Positions 8,903 through 19,148 of a stretch of 64,000 nucleotides of DNA are shown piece by piece. The stretch spans positions 10,889-74,888 of the forward strand of contig DATNHM010000034.1 of assembly GCA_035604955.1 (NCBI GenBank). The letters run 5' to 3'. Within the stretch, counting starts at the first letter, position 1. Each line of letters begins with the position of its first letter. The notes under the pieces were generated by a model, which saw only the letters and a program-made list of their open reading frames with translations, did not search any database and was not told where the DNA came from. The position numbers and the translations under genes were made by a program. Origin of the DNA: Candidatus Limnocylindrales bacterium (GTDB lineage: Bacteria > Verrucomicrobiota > Verrucomicrobiia > Limisphaerales > UBA11358).

Positions 8903-9089
8903 GATTTCACTGATATATTTACGCCAAAGCCAAAAGGTAACAGGTTATTTTTAAGGCAACGCAGCGGCTTTCGGCAGAAAGCCGGATCTTCTTTTTGAGA
9001 AGTTGGCGGCGCTCTACCGAGACGCCGCTACGCGGAGCCGAATCGGCTTTTTACAAACACCGCTGTTTCCATTACTTTGGATTCGATTT

Positions 9090-9860
9090 ATGAATGCCGC
9101 AGGTAAGACACTTTTACTCCTCGTCGGAATGAGTCTGATGCCTGCCGCACACACCTTCGCTGGTCCACCGTTCCTGACGGATGATCCGGAGCCGGTGGAT
9201 TATCAACATTGGGAATTTTATCTCTTCGGCGATGGCGACCACGCCAGTCTGGACAATTACACCATCAACGGTCCGGCAATGGAATTGAATTATGGGGTGC
9301 TGCCCGACACGCAACTGCATCTGGTGTTGCCGATGACCACGGTGGGCGCCGATGGTGCGCCGACCGAGGTCGGTTTGGGCGACATGGAATTGGGTGTCAA
9401 ATACCGGTTTGTGCATGAAACAGACGAATGGCCACAGATTGGGATTTTTCCGATGGCCGAATTGCCGGCGGGTGAGGCCAGCCGGGGTTTGGGCAATGGC
9501 CGTACCTGGTTTCGCCTGCCGTTGTGGCTGCAAAAGAGTTGGGGACCCTGGACGACCTACGGGGGCGGCGGTGCGGCCTTGAACTCCGCCCCCGGCCAGC
9601 GCGATTATCCTTTTGGCGGCTGGTTGTTGCAGCGCGATTTTGGCCCGCACCTCACGCTGGGCGGGGAGCTTTTTGCGCAGGGGCAGGACACGGACACCGA
9701 CCGTGGTTTTGCCGCGCTCAACTTCGGCGGGTACTACAATTTCACCGAGCATTTCAGCCTGTTGTTCAGCGCCGGACACAGTGTGGCCGGCGACAGCCAT
9801 TTGCTCTGGTATTTCGGACTTTACTGGACGTGGGGACCGGAAAAATCTTCCAAACCGTGA
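9090..9860 (+). CDS. outer-membrane beta-barrel protein (MetA-pathway/transporter-like family, tentative)
   Basis: The ATG at 9090 gives signal peptide MNAAGKTLLLLVGMSLMPAAHTFA. The sequence has alternating beta-strand character, a PFLTDDPEP N-terminal motif and an aromatic C-terminal region (WYFGLYWTW). Confidence 0.6.
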   Translation: MNAAGKTLLLLVGMSLMPAAHTFAGPPFLTDDPEPVDYQHWEFYLFGDGDHASLDNYTINGPAMELNYGVLPDTQLHLVLPMTTVGADGAPTEVGLGDMELGVKYRFVHETDEWPQIGIFPMAELPAGEASRGLGNGRTWFRLPLWLQKSWGPWTTYGGGGAALNSAPGQRDYPFGGWLLQRDFGPHLTLGGELFAQGQDTDTDRGFAALNFGGYYNFTEHFSLLFSAGHSVAGDSHLLWYFGLYWTWGPEKSSKP

Positions 9861-9884
9861 ACCAAACAAGAAAGGAGAGAGATT

Positions 9885-10355
9885 ATGAGCCTCTGGAAAA
9901 AAATCTGCGAACCGACGGGCGCCAACGCCAACATCCTGATTCGTCTGGTGGTGGGCGGCGTGTTTCTGAACGAAGGCATCCTCAAATTCCTGTATCCGGT
10001 GGCACAGGCGGCGGGCCGTTTTGCCAAGATTGGCATACCGTATCCCGATTTCTTCGGCCCGTTTGTGGCGACGGTGGAAACCGTTTGCGGAGTGATGGTC
10101 ATTCTCGGCCTGCTGACGCGCCCGGCAGCCATCGCCTTGTTCATCGATATTTCCGTGGCGATTTTCACCACCAAAATCCCGGTCTTGTTGGGGCACGGTT
10201 TTCTCGGCTTTTCGTTGATGGACCTGCCGCACTACGGCTTTCTCAGCATGGTACATGAGGCGCGCACGGATTTCTCCATGTGGTTCGGACTGCTGTTCCT
10301 GCTGGTGACCGGGCCCGGGCGCTGGTCGGTGGACGCCCGGCTGGCAAAGACCTGA
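9885..10355 (+). CDS. DoxX-family membrane protein
   Basis: It has four hydrophobic segments and the N-terminal pattern LIRLVVGGVFLNEGILKF typical of DoxX. AGGAGAGAG lies upstream of the ATG. Confidence 0.75.
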   Translation: MSLWKKICEPTGANANILIRLVVGGVFLNEGILKFLYPVAQAAGRFAKIGIPYPDFFGPFVATVETVCGVMVILGLLTRPAAIALFIDISVAIFTTKIPVLLGHGFLGFSLMDLPHYGFLSMVHEARTDFSMWFGLLFLLVTGPGRWSVDARLAKT

Positions 10356-10362
10356 AGCTTAT

Positions 10363-10445
10363 TTTCGATTTACAAAATACGATCTACGCGACGCTCCGCA
10401 TGTCGCAAGACCCGTAAATCATAAAACGCATATCGTAAATTCAAC
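10363..10445. repeat. ATTTACGA/ATTTATGA-type inverted short-repeat cluster
   Basis: ttCGATTTACaaaatacgatctacg ... cCGTAAATCataaaacgcatATCGTAAATtc. CGATTTAC and GTAAATCG-type words occur in opposite orientation. The same word family appears at 47649-47745. Confidence 0.45.
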
Positions 10446-10648
10446 CGGACATAATTTGCAATTCTTCGGCCAGCGAGTCTGTTTGGGACGCAACTTCAAC
10501 CGCCACCATGAAGTTGCATGAAAGCGGAACGCCGATCACCGTATCGGCTTGGACCGCGCGATTTCGTTAACCGGGCCGAAAAGGTGTTCGGCGCTCCGGT
10601 GGCGGCGTGAAGTTACACCCGCCTATTTGTTGAGAACGATATCTTATA

Positions 10649-10677
10649 TTGACAGGTGTGGAAATAACTGCTTTAAT
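10649..10677 (+). promoter_or_regulatory. sigma70-like promoter TTGACA-N17-TTTAAT
   Basis: TTGACA (10649-10654), a 17-nt spacer, then TTTAAT (10672-10677), 21 nt upstream of the ATG at 10699. Confidence 0.45.
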
Positions 10678-10698
10678 GCCTCCTCGACAGGAGCGGTC

Positions 10699-11817
10699 AT
10701 GAAACGATTCTTGATTCTTTTGACGGCGGGTTGGCTTCTTTACCCAATCACAAACCACGGCGCGGAAACGGCGCAGGCGCGGCTGTATTGCATGTCTCTC
10801 CGATTTCAGCAAGGCACCGCGTATGGCGGCACCATGAATATAAGCACCATCGCAGGAACATCGTACAATGGTGAGTTGATGCCAACGTATTTGAGCGATG
10901 TTTCCGGCAATCCCTGGGGCAGCGGTCTGGTGCTCGTTTGGAGCGGCATGGGAGACAGTGGAAGCATTTACGTGAATTTACCGCTGGGAGTTGACGCAAA
11001 CAACGATGGCTACGACGATTTCTTTGAAGTTTCGCAAGGCGTAAGCAATGGGAGCAGTTCTGGAACCTATTCCACCAAGACTGACTTTTCGGGGACCGTC
11101 ACCGCCACCTGGAACCGCGCAGCCGGATCGGCAAGCGGTACTTGCGTGCTCAACTTGAATGACGATTTATGGGGAGATTTGGGCAATTTTACGTGTCCGT
11201 TCACCCTGATCGAATACACCGGCCCGATGACTTACACGCCCGGCTCGAACACGGTTTCGGCTGCCGTGAATCTGGCTCAGACCGGCAATCCCGCCAACAC
11301 GTTGAAAGGGCCGATGGTCTTCGTCAAATCTTCCACCGACCGTTTTAACACACTCACCAATCAGCCCGGCGTGTGGACCAATGCTTCTTCGCAGACACTC
11401 AGTTTTGACAGTGAAATTTATTTGCGGGGCATTCCCACCTGGCCCACCAATTACGCCGGCTACGTCCACTTTGCCGACGGCGATCCGAGTACGGCAAGCT
11501 CGGATTACGATTGGTGGGTGCTATCCATCAATGACACGAACGATGCCAATGCCAACGGCATTCCGGATTTCAGCGACAACCCGGCCAGCATTGCCCCGCC
11601 GCATGCGCCCCGCCTGTCTCTGACGCCTGGCTCGACGAATCTGCTGTTAATGATCAGCGGCGACACCGGCCACACCAACCAAATCCAACAGATCAACTCC
11701 CTGACCTCAACCGATTGGCAGACAACGCAAACTTTCGTGCTGACCAACAGTACGCAGGTGATTTCCCTGCCGCTGCCATCCGGCAGTCCTCAGTTCTGGC
11801 GCGTGGTGGCGCAGTAA
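10699..11817 (+). CDS. secreted hypothetical protein with Asp-rich Ca-binding-like motifs and shared C-terminal tail domain
   Basis: ATG at 10699 follows GACAGGAGCG. Signal peptide is MKRFLILLTAGWLLYPITNHGAE. Motifs DANNDGYDDFFE and DANANGIPDFSD. The C-terminus ...TDWQTTQTF...SPQFWRVVAQ resembles the tails of 32769..36155 and the RHS protein. Confidence 0.7.
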   Translation: MKRFLILLTAGWLLYPITNHGAETAQARLYCMSLRFQQGTAYGGTMNISTIAGTSYNGELMPTYLSDVSGNPWGSGLVLVWSGMGDSGSIYVNLPLGVDANNDGYDDFFEVSQGVSNGSSSGTYSTKTDFSGTVTATWNRAAGSASGTCVLNLNDDLWGDLGNFTCPFTLIEYTGPMTYTPGSNTVSAAVNLAQTGNPANTLKGPMVFVKSSTDRFNTLTNQPGVWTNASSQTLSFDSEIYLRGIPTWPTNYAGYVHFADGDPSTASSDYDWWVLSINDTNDANANGIPDFSDNPASIAPPHAPRLSLTPGSTNLLLMISGDTGHTNQIQQINSLTSTDWQTTQTFVLTNSTQVISLPLPSGSPQFWRVVAQ

Positions 11818-12037
11818 GCCGGTGGCTCTGGCTCCCAAAAAATTTCAGAGTTCACCCCGACTTTTTGCGGACACATTTCCCCACCGGGCGTTCCGCTCAG
11901 GGTCATTTGATGGCGAGTGGCGCGCCCGGTGCCTCGTTCCGCCCGGCAACGCGCCATGTACAATTCCCCTTCGGGGTGTAGATTGAGGCTGGTTTGTGCA
12001 AAACATTTATTGCACAACGGCAAAAATTGAGTAAAAA

Positions 12038-15000
12038 ATGGATGAACGAAGGCTAATTCGCCAAGCGATGACCCGAAGCTTAACAGCAAACGCTAATGTC
12101 AGACGGCCCGCGCCAATCTCCGCGCCGCCGAAACAGGGGCTTTACGATCCGCAATTTGAACACGAGGCCTGCGGGGTGGGCTTTGTGGTCAACATGAAGG
12201 GGAAAAAATCCCACACGATTGTACGGCAGGCGCTGCAGGTGCTGCTCAATCTGGACCATCGCGGTGCGTGCGGGTGTGAAGCCAACACCGGCGACGGGGC
12301 GGGCATCCTGATGCAGACGCCGCATGAATTTTTGCAGGTGGCGGCGAAGGAAGCGAAGATTTCCCTGCCTTCGTTCCGCGAATACGGCGTGGGCATGGTG
12401 TTCCTGCCGCACGACGCCGCGCAGCGCGCCGAATGCGAACGGATTTTTGGCGACATTGTCACCGAGGAAGGCCAGCGCGTGCTCGGCTGGCGCACGGTGC
12501 CCACGAACAATGCCTCGCTGGGCGCCACCGCGAAGGCGTCCGAGCCGTTCATGCGGCAGGTGTTCATCGCGCGCAGTGCGAAGCTCGCTGATGACATGGC
12601 GTTTGAGCGGAAGCTCTACGTCATTCGCAAGCGGGTGGAAAATACGATCCGCTATTCCGGCAAGGTCAAGGGCGGCGAGTTTTTCTACCTCGCCAGCCTG
12701 TCGTACAAGACCGTCGTGTACAAGGGCATGTTGCTGACGGCGCAATTGGGCGAATACTATCCGGATTTGTCCCATCCGGCGCTGGCATCGGCGCTGGCCC
12801 TCGTGCATTCGCGCTTCTCCACCAACACCTTTCCGAGCTGGAACCGCGCGCATCCCTATCGTTATCTCGCGCACAACGGCGAAATCAACACGTTGCGCGG
12901 CAACATCAACTGGATGCACGCGGCCCAGTCGAATTTCGCCTGCGAACTTTTCGGCGATGACATCAAAAAAATCGCCCCGGTCATCAACACGGACGGCAGC
13001 GATTCGGCAATGTTCGATAATTGCCTCGAATTGCTCGTCATGGCGGGCCGCGAACTGCCGCACGCCATGATGATGATGATTCCCGAGCCGTGGGAAAATC
13101 ACGAGAGCATGGACCCGGAACGCCGTGCGTTCTATGAATTCCATTCGTGCCTGATGGAGCCGTGGGATGGCCCGGCATCCATTGCGTTCACGGATGGCAA
13201 GGTGATTGGCGCGTGCCTCGACCGCAACGGGCTGCGTCCGTCGCGTTATTATGTCACCAAGGACGACCTCGTCATCATGGCGTCGGAGGCGGGTGTGCTG
13301 CCGGTGGAACCGGAACGGGTTTTGCAGAAAGGCCGCTTGCAACCGGGCCGCATGTTTCTCGTGGACATCGAGCAGGGCCGCATTGTGGCCGACGAGGAAC
13401 TGAAGAATAAATTTGCCCGGGCGCATCCCTATCAGCAGTGGTTGAGCGAACACCATGTCCTGCTCGAAAGTCTGCCGGAACCGGGGTTTCAGACCGAACC
13501 CGGCCACCAGACGGTGTTGGAAAGGCAGCAGGCGTTTGGTTATACGTTCGAAGATTTGCGGTTCATCATCGGTCCGATGGCGAGCGATGGTGTGCAGCCG
13601 CTGGGTTCCATGGGCACGGACACGCCGCTGGCAGTGCTCTCGAACAAGCCGCAGTTGCTTTACAACTATTTCAAGCAGCTTTTCGCGCAGGTCACCAATC
13701 CGCCGATTGATCCGATCCGCGAAGAAATCATTACTTCGACCGAAACAATGATCGGCCCGCGGGGCAGCCTGCTCCAGCCGGCGCCTCAAAGCTGCGCGTT
13801 GATCAAGTTGAAGTACCCGGTGCTTACGAACGAAGAACTGGAAAAATTGCGCCGTGTGGAGGGCAAGACCTTCAAGAGTGCCACCTTGCCGATCCTGTTC
13901 TCAGCGGCCGATGGTACCAGGGGTCTGGAGGCCGCGCTCGACAAACTGTTTGCCGCGGCGGACCAGGCTATTGCCGGCGGCGCCAACATCGTGATTCTCT
14001 CGGATCGCGGCATTGACGCGCAACACGCGCCCATCCCGGCGTTGCTGGCGGTGTCCGGCCTGCATCATCATTTAATTCGGGCGGGAACACGCGGCAAAGT
14101 CGGCCTGGTGCTCGAATCCGGCGAACCGCGCGAGGTGCATCATTTCGCGCTGCTGATCGGTTACGGTTGCAGCGCCATCAATCCGTATCTGGCGTTTCAA
14201 ACGCTCGACGACATGATTCGCGAGGGCTTGCTGCCCAAGCTCGACCATCCGACCGCCGTCAAGAAGTACATCAAGGCGGCGGTGAAAGGCGTGGTCAAAA
14301 CGATGGCCAAAATGGGCATCTCGACCGTCCAAAGCTATCGCGGCGCGCAAATCTTCGAAGCCGTCGGCCTTAACAGCAACGTGGTGGACAAGTATTTCAC
14401 CTGGACGCCATCGCGTATTCAAGGCGTAGGGATGGACGTACTGGCGGAGGAAGTTCTGGCGCGGCATCGCCACGCGTTCCCGAACCGGCCGCTCAATCCC
14501 GACTCGTCGGGACTGGAACCCGGCGGCCAGTATCAGTGGCGCTCGGACGGCGAATATCATTTGTTCAATCCGCAGACGATTCACAAATTGCAAATCGCCT
14601 GCCGCCTTAACAGCGAGAGAATTTACCGTGAATATGCCGGGTTAATCAACCAGCAGGCGGCGAACCTCTGCACCTTGCGCGGCCTGCTCGATTTCAAATT
14701 CGCGGAAAATCCGATCCCGATCGGCGAGGTCGAGACGGTCGAAGAAATTGTGAAACGGTTCAAGACCGGGGCGATGAGCTATGGCTCGATTTCGAAGGAA
14801 GCGCACGAAGCGCTCGCGGTGGCGATGAACCGCCTGGGCGGAAAATCCAATACTGGCGAAGGCGGCGAAGACCCCGATCGTTATGTCCCGCTGCCCAACG
14901 GTGATTCGAAGAATTCAGCCATCAAGCAGGTTGCGTCCGGCCGGTTCGGCGTGACGAGCCATTACCTCATCAACGCGCGTGAGCTGCAGATCAAAATGGC

Positions 15001-16714
15001 CCAGGGCGCCAAGCCGGGTGAAGGCGGCGAATTGCCGGGCCGCAAGGTGTACCCGTGGATTGCCAAGACCCGGTTTACCACGCCGGGTGTCGGTCTCATC
15101 TCGCCGCCGCCGCATCACGACATTTATTCCATCGAGGATCTGGCGGAGTTGATTCACGATTTGAAGAATTCAAATCGCGATGCGCGGGTGAGCGTGAAGC
15201 TCGTCGCCGAAATTGGCGTTGGTACGGTCGCGGCCGGCGTCGCGAAGGCGCACGCGGACGTGGTGCTGATCTCCGGCCACGACGGCGGCACCGGGGCGTC
15301 GCCGCTGTCGTCCATCAAGCACGCGGGCGCACCGTGGGAACTGGGCGTGGCCGAAACCCACCAGACACTGGTGCTGAACAATCTGCGCAGCCGTATTTAT
15401 GTCGAGACGGACGGCCAGTTGAAGACCGGTCGCGACGTGGCCGTGGCCGCGCTGCTCGGCGCGGAGGAATTCGGTTTTGCCACCGCGCCACTTGTGGTGC
15501 TCGGTTGCATCATGATGCGCGTCTGCCATTTGAACACCTGCCCGGTCGGGGTGGCCACGCAGGACCCGCGTTTGCGGGCACGGTTTACCGGCGAACCTGA
15601 ACACGTTGAGAATTTCATGCGGTTTGTAGCGCAGGAGCTGCGCGAAATCATGGCCAAACTCGGCTTCCGCACGCTCAACGAAATGATTGGCCGCACGGAC
15701 AAATTGATTCCGTGGAAGGCCATTGAGCATTGGAAGGCGAAGGGACTCGACCTGACCCCGATTTTGCATCAGCCGGAAGTCGGGCCGGAAGTCGGACGTT
15801 ACCGGCAGATTGACCAGGAGCACGGCATCGAGAAATCGCTGGACGTGACGAAGCTGCTCGGCATCTGCGAGCCGGCCATCGAACGCGGCGAGCGCGTCCA
15901 CGCCGATTTGCCCATCCGGAATGTCAACCGGGTCGTCGGCACGATCGTCGGCAGTGAAGTGACGAAAAAACAAGGTCCGAACGGTTTGCCAGAGGACACG
16001 ATCCATCTGAAATTCACCGGCAGCGCCGGCCAGAGTCTCGGCGCGTTCATGCCCCGGGGAATGACGATTGAACTCGAAGGCGACGCCAACGACTATTTCG
16101 GCAAGGGCTTGAGCGGCGGCAAAATCATTGTTTATCCGCCGAAAGGTTCGACTTTTGTCGCGGAGGAAAACATCATCATCGGCAACGTGGCGCTTTACGG
16201 CGCGACGAGTGGCGAAGTGTTTGTGCGCGGCATGGCGGGTGAGCGTTTTGGCGTGCGCAACAGCGGTGTGGATGCCGTCGTGGAGTCCATCGGCGATCAC
16301 GGTTGTGAATATATGACGGGGGGACGCGTGGTGGTACTGGGCAAAACCGGCCGCAATTTCGCCGCGGGCATGTCCGGTGGCATCGCCTATGTGCTGGATG
16401 AAGCCGGTGATTTTCCGACGCGTTGCAATCAGGCTCTGGTCAGCCTGGAAAAACTCGAGGACGCGGATGAAATCGAGGCGGTTTGGAAATTGATCCAGCG
16501 CCATCAAACTTATACCCGGAGCGAGCGTGCGGCCGGAATTCTCGGTGAATGGAAAAAGCTGGTGCCGAAATTTGTGAAGGTGATGCCGAAGGATTATGCG
16601 CGCGTGTTGCAGTCCATGAAAAAGGTACAGTCGCAGGGCTTGAGCGGCGACGAGGCCATCATGGCTGCATTCGAGGAAAACATTCGTGACGTCGCGCGCG
16701 TCGGCGGCGGTTAA
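12038..16714 (+). CDS. gltB: glutamate synthase large subunit
   Basis: An Ntn amidotransferase start ([12 protein letters not shown]) follows a propeptide. FMN and 3Fe-4S regions are present ([22 protein letters not shown]), as is the C-terminal GXGXG beta-helix domain. The 1558 aa is the typical size. Confidence 0.95.
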   Translation: MDERRLIRQAMTRSLTANANVRRPAPISAPPKQGLYDPQFEHEACGVGFVVNMKGKKSHTIVRQALQVLLNLDHRGACGCEANTGDGAGILMQTPHEFLQVAAKEAKISLPSFREYGVGMVFLPHDAAQRAECERIFGDIVTEEGQRVLGWRTVPTNNASLGATAKASEPFMRQVFIARSAKLADDMAFERKLYVIRKRVENTIRYSGKVKGGEFFYLASLSYKTVVYKGMLLTAQLGEYYPDLSHPALASALALVHSRFSTNTFPSWNRAHPYRYLAHNGEINTLRGNINWMHAAQSNFACELFGDDIKKIAPVINTDGSDSAMFDNCLELLVMAGRELPHAMMMMIPEPWENHESMDPERRAFYEFHSCLMEPWDGPASIAFTDGKVIGACLDRNGLRPSRYYVTKDDLVIMASEAGVLPVEPERVLQKGRLQPGRMFLVDIEQGRIVADEELKNKFARAHPYQQWLSEHHVLLESLPEPGFQTEPGHQTVLERQQAFGYTFEDLRFIIGPMASDGVQPLGSMGTDTPLAVLSNKPQLLYNYFKQLFAQVTNPPIDPIREEIITSTETMIGPRGSLLQPAPQSCALIKLKYPVLTNEELEKLRRVEGKTFKSATLPILFSAADGTRGLEAALDKLFAAADQAIAGGANIVILSDRGIDAQHAPIPALLAVSGLHHHLIRAGTRGKVGLVLESGEPREVHHFALLIGYGCSAINPYLAFQTLDDMIREGLLPKLDHPTAVKKYIKAAVKGVVKTMAKMGISTVQSYRGAQIFEAVGLNSNVVDKYFTWTPSRIQGVGMDVLAEEVLARHRHAFPNRPLNPDSSGLEPGGQYQWRSDGEYHLFNPQTIHKLQIACRLNSERIYREYAGLINQQAANLCTLRGLLDFKFAENPIPIGEVETVEEIVKRFKTGAMSYGSISKEAHEALAVAMNRLGGKSNTGEGGEDPDRYVPLPNGDSKNSAIKQVASGRFGVTSHYLINARELQIKMAQGAKPGEGGELPGRKVYPWIAKTRFTTPGVGLISPPPHHDIYSIEDLAELIHDLKNSNRDARVSVKLVAEIGVGTVAAGVAKAHADVVLISGHDGGTGASPLSSIKHAGAPWELGVAETHQTLVLNNLRSRIYVETDGQLKTGRDVAVAALLGAEEFGFATAPLVVLGCIMMRVCHLNTCPVGVATQDPRLRARFTGEPEHVENFMRFVAQELREIMAKLGFRTLNEMIGRTDKLIPWKAIEHWKAKGLDLTPILHQPEVGPEVGRYRQIDQEHGIEKSLDVTKLLGICEPAIERGERVHADLPIRNVNRVVGTIVGSEVTKKQGPNGLPEDTIHLKFTGSAGQSLGAFMPRGMTIELEGDANDYFGKGLSGGKIIVYPPKGSTFVAEENIIIGNVALYGATSGEVFVRGMAGERFGVRNSGVDAVVESIGDHGCEYMTGGRVVVLGKTGRNFAAGMSGGIAYVLDEAGDFPTRCNQALVSLEKLEDADEIEAVWKLIQRHQTYTRSERAAGILGEWKKLVPKFVKVMPKDYARVLQSMKKVQSQGLSGDEAIMAAFEENIRDVARVGGG

Positions 16715-16745
16715 TGGTAATTCAGCCATCAAACCCGATTTATAA

Positions 16746-18230
16746 ATGGGAAACCCACGAGGATTTTTAGATTATCTGCGCGAACTCCCGGCGGACCGTC
16801 CGCCGAACGAACGTGTCGCCGATTGGAAGGAATTTCACTTCCACATGGAGGAGAAAAAACTTCGCGAGCAGGGCGCACGCTGCATGGACTGCGGCATCCC
16901 GTTCTGCCACACCGGCACACTGCTCAGCGGCATGGCCAGCGGCTGCCCGATCCACAATCTGATCCCCGAGTGGAACGATCTGGTTTATCGCGGCCTCTGG
17001 AAGGAAGCGCTCGAACGGTTGCACAAGACAAACAATTTTCCTGATTTCACCGGCCGCGTTTGTCCGGCGCCATGCGAAGGCTCGTGCGTACTCGGCATCA
17101 ACAATCCGCCGGTCACCATCAAAAACATCGAGTATGCCATCTCCGAAAAGGCCTGGGCGGAAGGCTGGATTGTGCCTGAGCCGCCAAAGGTTCGCACCGG
17201 CAAAAAGGTCGCCGTCGTCGGTTCCGGCCCGGCGGGACTTTGCGCTGCCGCCCAATTGAACCAGGCCGGCCACCTCGTGACGGTTTTTGAGCGAGCCGAC
17301 CGTCCGGGCGGGTTGCTCATGTACGGCATTCCGAACATGAAACTGGACAAGGAGCAAGTCGTGCTGCGCCGCATTAAACAAATGGAAGCCGAAGGCATCA
17401 AATTCGTGTGCCATACGGAAGTCGGAACAAATTATCCGGCGCAGAAATTGTTGAAGGAATTTGATGCCGTGATCCTGGCCACGGGCGCCACCCAGCCGCG
17501 CGATTTGCCGGTTCCCGGGCGGGAACTTAAAGGTGTTTGTTTCGCCATGGATTTTCTCACCGCGAATACCAAAAGCGTCCTGGACGGCCGGAAAAACGGC
17601 AATTTTATCTCCGCCACCGGCAAAGACGTCGTCGTCATCGGCGGTGGCGACACGGGTACGGACTGCGTGGGCACCGCGATGCGCCACGGTTGTAACAGCC
17701 TGGTGCAGGTGGAAATCCTGCCGCAGCCGCCGGCGGACCGCGCCCAGGACAATCCGTGGCCGGAATGGCCGAAGGTTTATCGCCTCGACTACGGCCAGGA
17801 GGAAGCCGCGGCGAAGTTCGGCGCCGACCCGCGGGTCTATCTGACGACCGCCACCCGGTTTGAAGGGGACGCTCACGGCCAGGTCAAGGCCGTCCATACC
17901 GTGCAGGTCCAATGGGAACGAAACGAAAAAGGACAGTTCATTCCCAAAAACGTTCCTGGCACGGAAAAGGTTCTGGCCACGCAACTCGTACTGCTGGCCA
18001 TGGGTTTTCTTGGACCGGAACAGCCGTTGTTGGAAGCGTTGGGCGTCGAGCGCGACGCGCGCAGCAACGCCCGGGCCGAATTCGAGAAATACACGACGAA
18101 TCTCAAAGGTGTCTTTGCCTGCGGCGATTGCCGACGCGGCCAAAGCCTGGTGGTGTGGGCGTTCAACGAGGGGCGCGGCGCGGCGCGCGAGTGTGACCGG
18201 TATTTGATGGGACAGACCGATTTGCCATGA
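16746..18230 (+). CDS. gltD: glutamate synthase small subunit (NADPH)
   Basis: Fe-S cysteines ([19 protein letters not shown]) and two Rossmann motifs ([23 protein letters not shown]) are present. The gene lies immediately downstream of gltB. Confidence 0.95.
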   Translation: MGNPRGFLDYLRELPADRPPNERVADWKEFHFHMEEKKLREQGARCMDCGIPFCHTGTLLSGMASGCPIHNLIPEWNDLVYRGLWKEALERLHKTNNFPDFTGRVCPAPCEGSCVLGINNPPVTIKNIEYAISEKAWAEGWIVPEPPKVRTGKKVAVVGSGPAGLCAAAQLNQAGHLVTVFERADRPGGLLMYGIPNMKLDKEQVVLRRIKQMEAEGIKFVCHTEVGTNYPAQKLLKEFDAVILATGATQPRDLPVPGRELKGVCFAMDFLTANTKSVLDGRKNGNFISATGKDVVVIGGGDTGTDCVGTAMRHGCNSLVQVEILPQPPADRAQDNPWPEWPKVYRLDYGQEEAAAKFGADPRVYLTTATRFEGDAHGQVKAVHTVQVQWERNEKGQFIPKNVPGTEKVLATQLVLLAMGFLGPEQPLLEALGVERDARSNARAEFEKYTTNLKGVFACGDCRRGQSLVVWAFNEGRGAARECDRYLMGQTDLP

Positions 18231-18273
18231 CTAACGGTTGCCCTGAGAAAACAATTTTGCTATTTATCCCGCC

Positions 18274-18663
18274 ATGGCGCACGCTGACCGCATGACGCAG
18301 CCGCTCGCGCTCGTTTTTTACGAGAAGTTGATGCCGGGCAGCCAATTGGTGAACCGGCTGCAGGATTTGAATTATCGCGTCCAGGCGGTCAACGATTTGG
18401 CGTCGCTGCAGCAATGTGCGCGCAGTGAAGGCCCCTTGTTGGTGATAGTGGATCTGGCGGGCCGGGAGGAGGTTTGCCGCGCCATTGCCGCGTTGAAGGC
18501 CGATGCGGCCACGCAGCACATCCCCGTCATCGCCTTTGCCGGTGATCAGGCAGCGGAATGGCAGGCGGCGGCGCAAAAAGCCGGGGCGAACCTGGCGGTC
18601 AGCGAGGCCGCCATCATTAATTACCTGCCCCAGTTGCTCAATCAGGCCCTGCAGCTGGAGTAA
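18274..18663 (+). CDS. stand-alone degenerate receiver (CheY-like) domain protein
   Basis: It has an alpha/beta receiver-like pattern with candidate phospho-Asp (LLVIVDLAG). The acidic pair is replaced (LVFYEK) and the conserved T/S and K positions are not recognisable (PVIAFAGD, NLAVSEA). Confidence 0.55.
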   Translation: MAHADRMTQPLALVFYEKLMPGSQLVNRLQDLNYRVQAVNDLASLQQCARSEGPLLVIVDLAGREEVCRAIAALKADAATQHIPVIAFAGDQAAEWQAAAQKAGANLAVSEAAIINYLPQLLNQALQLE

Positions 18664-18680
18664 GGTCTCTGGTTAATCAA

Positions 18681-18747
18681 GTGTTAAGATTGTGTTAAAG
18701 CGTGTTAAAAAGTTGTGCTTGACGCGGACACAATAACTATTTATTCT
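18681..18747 (+). promoter_or_regulatory. csp promoter region: three helically phased GTGTTAA repeats + TTGACG-N17-TATTCT
   Basis: GTGTTAA occurs at 18681-18687, 18692-18698 and 18702-18708. TTGACG is at 18719-18724 and the candidate -10 TATTCT at 18742-18747. Confidence 0.4.
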
Positions 18748-18852
18748 CGCGTTATAGGCATGAGTGCACCTGAAAAGTGACGACAGACACGGCTGGACTT
18801 CAGTCGTGTCTTTTCGCTTCGATGAGTTGCGCCTGGGAAGTCAGGAGAGATT

Positions 18853-19062
18853 ATGGCCAGTGGCAAAGTCAAGTGGTTCGATAATAAAAAAGGGTTTGGG
18901 TTCATCGCCCAAAATTCCGGGCAGGACGTCTTTGTGCATCATTCGTCTATTGTCGGCACGGGATTTAAAACACTGAATGAGGGAGACGATGTCTTGTTTG
19001 ATGTCGTCGTCAGTGACAAAGGGTTGAAAGCCCAGAACGTTCAGCGCGTGCATCAGCAGTAA
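18853..19062 (+). CDS. cold-shock protein, CspA family
   Basis: MASGKVKWFDNKKGFGFIAQNSGQDVFVHHSSI contains the RNP1/RNP2 motifs (KGFGFI, VFVHH). The protein is 69 aa, with GGAGAG upstream of the start. Confidence 0.93.
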   Translation: MASGKVKWFDNKKGFGFIAQNSGQDVFVHHSSIVGTGFKTLNEGDDVLFDVVVSDKGLKAQNVQRVHQQ

Positions 19063-19148
19063 CGACTGCCGCCGTCGGAATTTAGTTTGTGTGCGCGACC
19101 CCGAGGATTTGTGTTAGCCGACGGCGGTTGAAGGGGTAATGTGTCTTC

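Noticed and set aside
12080-13789. Long antisense ORFs opposite well-supported genes. Examples: 12080..13789, 15170..16732 and 16767..18143 opposite gltBD; 56403..59102 opposite nrdJ; 38969..40735 opposite pheS/CA; 9114..10256, 30920..32023, 41552..42508, 48737..50077, 25004..25849, 27009..27707, 43449..44207, 44167..45144.
   Set aside because: They have an Arg/Gly/Ala/Pro-rich, low-information composition typical of stop-free antisense frames in GC-rich DNA. They show no recognisable motifs, and each is fully overlapped by a gene with strong family signatures.
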